Shown: positions 56,560-64,000 of the stretch, one piece after another
Position numbering within the stretch: the first letter of the stretch is position 1
Layout: each line of letters opens with the position of its first letter
DNA from: Flaccisagitta enflata
Lineage: Eukaryota
Direction of reading: 5' to 3'
DNA: 64,000 nt
Assembly (NCBI GenBank): GCA_965153355.1
Contig: OZ231126.1
Location: 22,010,001-22,074,000, forward strand
Notes under the pieces: generated by a model
Database searches by the model: none
The model's input: only the letters and a program-made list of their open reading frames with translations
What the model was told of the DNA's origin: nothing
Program-made: the position numbers and the translations under genes

Positions 56560-59100
56560 GGATCAGTAGGTGCAAAGGGAATTGGCCAGCCTGGAGGATA
56601 AGAAATGGTTAAAGTAACATCTTGAAGGAACATGTGTGATAACTTATGATGTTCATTGAAAATACATTTTTAGTCCGTAAGGAGCAAAATGAGTTCAAAT
56701 ACAATAGTGGTCAAATTATGGAATTGCTCTAAGGCATTGCAGATATCAAGAAATGGACTTGCTGTTAGACTGATGGACTAATGATCTATAAAATACCGAT
56801 TCATGCACCTGAAAAAAATGACATTCAGGAAGTTTTTTCTAGGTAACTATAGAGCTGCAATATGCAAATAAGATTGACAGTGTCCCTTTTTAATGTTTCA
56901 AACTGTTTTAGCTGCTTAATAGGTTGAAAAACAAGTAGACGGTTCTGTATCCCTTAATTCTAACTAACAATGGCTCATGAGTCAACGGATGTTAAGTGCA
57001 TAGATTGGCCAGTTAGGGTATCTGGATAGAAGAACTAAGTGACAGTTACACTTCTTCAAAAATGCCAAAGTTTTATGATTCATTGAGTTTTTTGGGTCTT
57101 TCTTAGACTGTAAGGAGCAAACTGAATTCCAGTAGGATAATAGTCAAATTATGGAATGGCTCTTACGCGTTGCAGATTTCAAGAAATGGACTTGACTGTT
57201 AGACCAATGGACTAATGATTTACTTAAGATCAACCCATGCACCTGAGAAAAAATGGACATTCAGGAAGTTTATCTAAGGTCACTAAAGAGCTGCAATATG
57301 CAAATCAGAATGACACAGTCCCTTCTCAGTCTTTCATACTATTTTGGCTACATAATAGGTTGAAACTAGTCATCCAAGGATCACACATGGTCAGCGGTAC
57401 CCGCTGCCCTGCTTGGAGTGATCAGGTGAAGAAGTGGATTGAGAGCAGGGCAGGGGCCCCAAAGGGCCGATGTCCTGTAGGACACAGGGGTGAATTTTCA
57501 GACATCCTTAAGGGGCCTCAGATGACTGGTTTAGGTCACCGAAGGCGGATTTGAGGACTAGAGTGCTGATTTGGGGGTGGAAGACAGTTAAATGGTTCTC
57601 TATCTTTTAATTCTCAATTAAAAGCGGCCAGATTGCTCGAGTGCCAATATGTGTTAAGGCCATAGAGTAGTTTGTGAGAGTACCACTTGGATAAAAAAAA
57701 AAGACGCACCTATCTATTAATTGATAAAGCAGATATAAAAAACAATTTTAGCTATTTTCAAGAGAGACTTTTTGAAAGATTTTTAAAAAATCTTTAATTC
57801 TAGACCAATCCCAGGTCTGTATCTCAAACGGTTTAGGAGCTAGAGCTCTGCAAAGAGAAGCACTATTTTGCTAAAATGCATTTTTTTCATAGGGATTGCG
57901 AAACTGAAATAGGCAACATTTTTACTCAAACTGATGCCATTTCTAAACGAATAAAGATAGCAATACCAGATTAGCGCCAAATGAAAGAACTTTCACAGGG
58001 CTTCAAAATGACCTAAAATTTTCTATAGTTTTTTGAAGATTTAATGGCTAAATTAACCATTTAAAAGTGCATCTTTTCTTTTGATCCACGTGGTATCTGT
58101 ACTCTAGTGAAGAACTAACACTTATTTGTTATTTTCATAATGTTTCAAGTATTACAATGGTGAATGTTTTTGTTGGTTTTTGTTACACTTTTAGGAGCAA
58201 AATGAATTCCAATATGATAGTGATCCAATAATGCATTCAATTGCAGATATCAAGGGATGGACTGGATGGTTGTACTAATAGATCTACTAGAGACCAGTCA
58301 ATGCCCCTTAAAAAATGACATTCAGGAAGTTTTTTTAGGACACTGTAGAGCTGCAATATGCAAATGAAATTTAGTGACCCTTCTCAGTCTTTTGCACTGT
58401 TTTATCTGTATAATATGTCTAATAAAGAGATGGAGGGCTCAATAAAGAGATGGAGGGCTCATTATTCAACAAGCCAGGGTGTAAAGGGCGTAGAATGGTA
58501 AAATTGGTTGTCTAATGGGAAGATTTACACCCTTTTAGAAATAGCATAATTATCTAAGGTTTTCAAAAAAGTTTTTTTTACTTTTTTTTTTGTCTTAGAC
58601 TGTTAGGAGCAAAATGAATTCCTATATAGTTGTGGTCCAGTTGTGGAATGACTCTTAAGCGTTGCAGATATCAAGAGATGGACTTGATTGTTAGGCTTAT
58701 GGACAAATGATCTTTGAGAGACCCATCCATGCCTTTAAAAAAGGAACATTCAAGAAGTTTCTTTTCTAGGCCACTATTGAGGTGCAATATGCAAATGAGA
58801 TTGACAATGACCCTTTGAAGTCTTTTCAGGTGCGCCAAAGCAACTCTATAACTAGTCTGTTGGTTGGTCCGCTGGTTGGTGTGTCTGTTGGTCGGTACCA
58901 CATTTGTTCGATGATCCACACGGCGCACCTTGGCCTATTAGGCCTTCTTTACTGTTTAAGCGGCATAAAAGGTAAGAAAAATGGGTGGAAGACATCATAT
59001 GGATGGTTCTATATCTGTTAGTTCTCATTTGAAACAGGCTAGGTTGCTAATGAATCAACAGGTGTAAAGGGTACTGACAGGTTTGTGAAGATGCCTAAAA
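56560..59100. repeat. Diverged tandem repeat, monomer about 410-440 bp, at least 4 units, interrupted by insertions
   Basis: AGGAGCAAAATGAATTC..TTGCAGATATCAAG..CATTCAGGAAGTTT..GCAATATGCAAAT units start at about 56671, 57103, 58190 and 58595. Confidence 0.8.
57683..58093. mobile_element. TA-flanked MITE
   Basis: TA-CCACTTGGATAAAAAAAAAAGACGCAC mirrored by GTGCATCTTTTCTTTTGATCCACGTGG-TA. Confidence 0.7.
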
Positions 59101-60071
59101 GGAAGGGCAATGGTGATAATGAGGATATTGGGTTAGGTTGCAGTGAGCCTGAGGAATTGAGACAAAGCATAACGAAAGCAAACAAAAGGAGGTTTTGTTT
59201 TATATGTTTTCATTTTTACAACTTATTCCATCACAGTGAATGAAACTATTAAGCCTACAGCATAGAATAGATCTTCTGACATAAAAAAATATAGATCAAA
59301 TCAATAGTTTATGCATTTCAATCAACCGTATATTTGAAGAAATAAGAAAAGAAAATTTGATAAAAAGATATAGACAGAGAGGTTTGATTGCACTCTACAG
59401 TATGCAAATGAGATTGAATCTGACCCTATGAAAGTCTAAGTGTTAACTAGTGGAAAAATCTTGTTCTCCTCTCACAAAAAATGGCCCTAAGTTGAATTTA
59501 GCAAAAAATTTTGCCAATGGATGCAGACTTCTGTAGGCATAAGCTTTTTAATGAAGTGTATCACGCAATTAAACATTTTTGGTTTTGGAAAGCAAGTTGT
59601 TTTAAAGCTACAGGTCAAGAGGCAGATTGGCTTCACCTTTTGAAATCATTTGCATATTGCAGATATTGTCTTCTCCTGATCAAAATCAGCCACGTTTCAC
59701 ATATGAATTTCTTGTATTCTATTATCAATCTTGACTCTTGATGATGTCCTGTTCTCCAGTATCTATCTGTTTCATGTCTTATTCTGGTAGTAAGACACTG
59801 TCTGTTAACAAATCTCACTCATCATAGAGGAATGTTTCTGACCTTCCTCTTCAACGATCTGTTTCAGTTTTGAAGTTTTTTGGGGGATAGGAAAAAGGGG
59901 CTCATTTTCTTTTAAATGTTAAAGGATTAATATTGAAAACAAATTCTCAGTTTCAGTTCTGGCATTGATAAGGAAAAAAAGAAGCAATTACGCCTTGGTT
60001 ATGAGAGTGTTTGAGGGTTGATTTCAGGGGTAGGGTTCAGTGGTATGAGTAAGTTAAAGGTTAGGGATGTA

Positions 60072-61054
60072 CCACGCGTACCAAAAAAAAAGACGCACCT
60101 TTCTTTTCATTTATAAGTCACAGTGCAAACGAATACAAAATTTGACAAGTCAAAACGATTTATACGATATTTTTTATTTCATATATTAAAAGATTTTTTG
60201 TTGAGATAAAGGATTTGTGGTTGGTAATCATCAATTTTTTGCATAGGAAAACGTTTTTCTGTACCATATGCTTAGGAAATGTGAGAAAAAAGGATGCGTA
60301 ATTGATGGATTTTTGATAAAAATTGATTCTTGTGCATTGACATGTCTCGCGTGAAAAACCAAATCTGTCTCTGAATTCAAAATTTTGCATTTTGAAAAAC
60401 ATGGCATCAGTCTAAACACTTTTAAGAAACAGGCCATGTGTTTAGAAATGCAAAATTTTGCATTCAGAGACAGATTCGGTTTTTCACGTGGCAACATCTC
60501 ATGTTTTCCGTGCAATTCTTTTTAAAGAATTCTGTTGTTTCACTAAGTATGCTGCGACTTTACCGATGCGTGATCAATACCATTGGTCAGTTAACCGTTT
60601 TTTAATTAATTTAGGGAGTATCAAGCATGCATAAGACTTAAGTTTTTGTTATATTTCCGCTGCATAGCAGCGTATTCCATCACAGAACAGAACGATTTGT
60701 CAAATTTGACGCTGTTCTGCACCACGACATAAAACAGATAGAAAAAATGATCAAAATTTTTTTTATTGAGACATTTTCAAAGATTTTTAAAAAATCTTTC
60801 AATGTAGACCAATCGAACGTCTGTATCTCAAACGGTTTAGGAGTTAGAGCCTTCCAAAGAGAAACTCTATTTTGCTAAAATGCATATTTCAAATAGAGAT
60901 TGGCAAAGTTTTCATTCAAACTAATACCAGATTGAAACTATATGAAAGTAATTTCAAAGGGCTTTCCAATGATCTAGAATTTTATTAGGTTTAATTGAAA
61001 TTTGTTGCCACAATGAGCTTTTCAAAAGTGTGTCTTTTTTGTTGATACGCATGG
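60072..61054. mobile_element. Longer relative of the 57683-58093 MITE, with an internal ~160-bp palindrome at 60341-60500
   Basis: TA-CCACGCGTACCAAAAAAAAAGACGCAC mirrored by GTGTGTCTTTTTTGTTGATACGCATGG-TA. Internal TGTATCTCAAACGGTTTAGGAG block shared with the shorter copy. Confidence 0.7.
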
Positions 61055-61197
61055 TACTTAGAAATAGGGATGAAGGTTGATTTACGGTTAGAGTTGGTAA
61101 GGGGTTGGTTGTCAGAATTTATTAGACAGATTGACCCACCAAGTAAAGCACCACCACTGGTCAGGCATCCAGGGTGTCTTAACTTAAGCAATTAGGA

Positions 61198-61292
<95 letters not shown>

Positions 61293-61594
61293 AAAAAGGC
61301 CTAATTTCTGGACCTTTTGTAACAAGAAAGAAGAGTCACTTTGTTCCGCAAATTGACTTTAACTTATATTTTTCTCTCCACTAGCTTCGTTAATCCAACT
61401 CACAGCGATCGCGCTGAGTCAACCCAATGCAAGGCCAGGCTTTGTTATCCAAGAAAAAGGAAAGGATTCATTTTGATCTTGGTAATTCTAAGTCTGTGTG
61501 TGGCTTAGGTGTGCTTGGGCGTTCAGGTTTACATGCACCGTTTCATCAGAAGACTACAGGGAAAGATTGTAAGTGAAGAGGAGGATTGCAGTGC

Positions 61595-62605
61595 TTTCAT
61601 GTCTCTTCATGTCCCCTAATGTCTCTTAATGTCTTGGTATGTCTTTTCATGTCTCTTCATGTCTCCTCATGTCTTTTTGTATCTCCTCATGTCTTTTTAT
61701 GTCTCTTTCTGTCTCTTCATGTCTTTTCATGTCTTTTTTCTTGTCTCTTCAAGTGACTTAATGTCTCCTCATTTCTTTTAATGTCTTTTCCTGTATCCTA
61801 ATGTCTTTTTATGTCTGTTTATGTCTTTTCACGTCTCCTGACGTCTTTTCCTCTCTCTTCATGTTTATTCATGTCTCTTCATGTGTTTTTTTGTCTTTAC
61901 ATGTTTTTTCATGTCTTCTCATGTCTGCTCATGTGTTTTCATGTCTCCTGATGTCTTTTCATGTCTCCTCATGTCTTTTCATGTCTCCTTATTTCTCATC
62001 ATGTCTCGTCATGTCTCTTCATATCTCTCCATATCTCTACATGTCTTTTCATGTCTCCTTACGCTTTTCATGTTTCCTCATTTCTCCTCATGTCTCCTCA
62101 TGTCTTTGTGTTTTTTTCATGTGTCTTCATGTCTTTCCACGTCTCTTTATGTTGTCTCATGTCACTTCATGTCTCCTCATGTCTTTTCATGTCTCCTCAG
62201 GTCAATTCATGTCTCCTCATGTCTTTCCATGTCTTTTCATGTTTCCTGTCTTTTAATGTCTCTCTTTATGTCTCCTCATGTCTTTTCATTTCTTTTCATG
62301 TCTCCTCATGTCTTTTCTTGTCTCTTTCTGTCTTTTCATATCTTTTCTTGTTTCTTCATGTCTCCACATGTCTCTTTATGTCTTTTCATTTCCATTAATG
62401 TCTTTTCATGTCTTTTCATGTCTTTTCCTGTCTTTTCATATCTTTTCCTGTCTTTTTATGTCTCTTTATGTCTCTTCATGTCCCCTCATGTCTTTTCATG
62501 TCTCTTCCTCTTTATTCATGTCTCTTCATGTCTCTTCTTGTCTGACATGGGGAGACATGAAAAGACATGAAAAGACATGAGGCAACATGAAGAAAGATGA
62601 AGACA
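61595..62605. repeat. (ATGTCTYYTC)n 10-mer minisatellite of about 950 bp with a short inverted (GAAAAGACAT)n tail
   Basis: Directly visible. The orientation flips at about 62544. Confidence 0.9.
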
Positions 62606-64000
62606 CGATTCGTAATAAATGGGAAATACATTTACAAACAGACCATTGTCCAATTCTTTTTCATTCCACCTCAAAATTGTGTGCTGAATGCCGGAAAACC
62701 GTCGCGAAATATTTTTAGCTGTAATATTTTTGTCCATCGCCCACTCCACCCAAGGTATTGAAGATGCAAATCAGTTTTGAGCATGAAGGAGTCACTTTGA
62801 TGATTAATGTCTGTTTTGACCCTTAAAATTGATATCAATATACAAAATAATTAGCTTTTGAACAACTTGGTTGTTTGGTCTGGCAATTTCCAGTCTCTAC
62901 TGGAGGGTATGCTGGAATGGGTTGTCAACTGCATCTTCTTTACTCTTAAAGGCGCCTTGTCAGATTCTTTTGTTTTTTTGGCGTGAAAGTGATATAGTTC
63001 CATGGATAGGTATCTGTTTATATGTTGTAATTGCCTGGATGAGCGCTTCAGATAATCAGTATGCTCCAGCACCTTGTCAACTGCTTCTTACAGGGTTATA
63101 AAAGATATCTTTTTGAGTAAGTGTGCATCGGAACCTGCAGCGTTAGTAAGATTGCTGCAAACCTCGCAATGATTTGCCTTGTTAGATATGAGTTTCTAGA
63201 TCAATCCCACAGTGAAAAAGATTCTCCATGATTGCCCACATGCCTAAGCATTTAAGTCATCGGTCCCATTGCAGTCATTTGGTTGGTTCCCTTTTTGGGC
63301 AGTGGCTGTAGGACACGGGTGAATTCTAGACGTCCGTCCACCCCCTACTATTGGGTCCTCAAATCAGCACTCTCAGGCCTGATTTTGGCCCTCATGCCCT
63401 CAAATCAGCTTTCCAGACTGCATATCTGCTCTCAAGACCTCCAGGCTTCAAATCAGCTTTCAATACCTCAAATCTGCCCTTTAGGCCTAAAGCCTGACAC
63501 CTGACCTCAAAACTGCTTTTCAGGCCAAACCAGTCGCTCAAGGGCAATATGTGGTCAGCAATACCCCTTACCCTGCTTTTCATGATTGTGAATTTGAGTG
63601 GGGGTAGCAGGGAGTGGCCTGTCCATCCATCCATGAACTGAGGGCTGAGGGGGCAAATTTGAAGCCCAGAGAGGAATATTAGAGGCCTGAGAAGGTTTTT
63701 TGGGCAGCGGTCCCAAAAGGGACTAAGTCCAGTAAAACACAGGGGGAATCTGTTCATCCGTCCCTACGTCCGTATGTCCGTCCATCCCCCCTTGCCTCTT
63801 CTTCAGGGCTTCATCTCCTTTGGGGACTATTCTGACTCAAATTCTGCCAAATAGCCCAAATTCAAGCAATATAGCCCAAATCTTAGCAAAATAGCCCAAA
63901 TCCCAGCATAATGGCTCAAATTCAAGCAAAATGGCCCAAATCTAGCCAGCAAACCCCAATTTTGGCCTGAGGTCCATCATTTTGGCCCCTTGGACCTATG

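Noticed and set aside
62610..63260. Possible decayed coding sequence on the minus strand
   Set aside because: Multiple stops in the frames I read and no recognisable motif.

Overview
Repeat-rich, AT-rich eukaryotic DNA, most likely from an invertebrate animal: GT-AG introns, dense microsatellites and nested transposons. I see no prokaryotic operons, CRISPR arrays or rRNA genes. Most ORFs in the supplied track are microsatellite artefacts. Three host genes could be assembled by hand. (1) A two-exon minus-strand C2orf81/DUF4639-like gene (15561-11152). (2) A tentative and possibly decayed plus-strand secreted gene with a 10-Cys module and C-type-lectin-like sequence (about 27156-33320), interrupted by a MITE. 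(3) A plus-strand gene of seven coding exons for a secreted vWA + Kazal protein (47210-53420, 279 aa) whose MIDAS site is degenerate. The mobile DNA includes a young 5'-truncated Penelope-like retroelement (RT + GIY-YIG) with an inverted pLTR, poly(A), a 13-bp TSD, one in-frame TGA and a hammerhead-shaped motif with a non-canonical core. It lies inside a head-to-tail dimer of a hAT-like element. Also present are Transib-, Chapaev-, MULE-, hAT- and Tc1/mariner-like MITEs and dozens of Helentron/DINE-1-like (HINE) repeats, one carrying a 1.6-kb composite minisatellite. The least explained signal is a 198-bp tandem duplication at about 42.0-42.35 kb that folds into a three-way junction with one compensatory base-pair change. 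All calls were made by eye and no database search was run.
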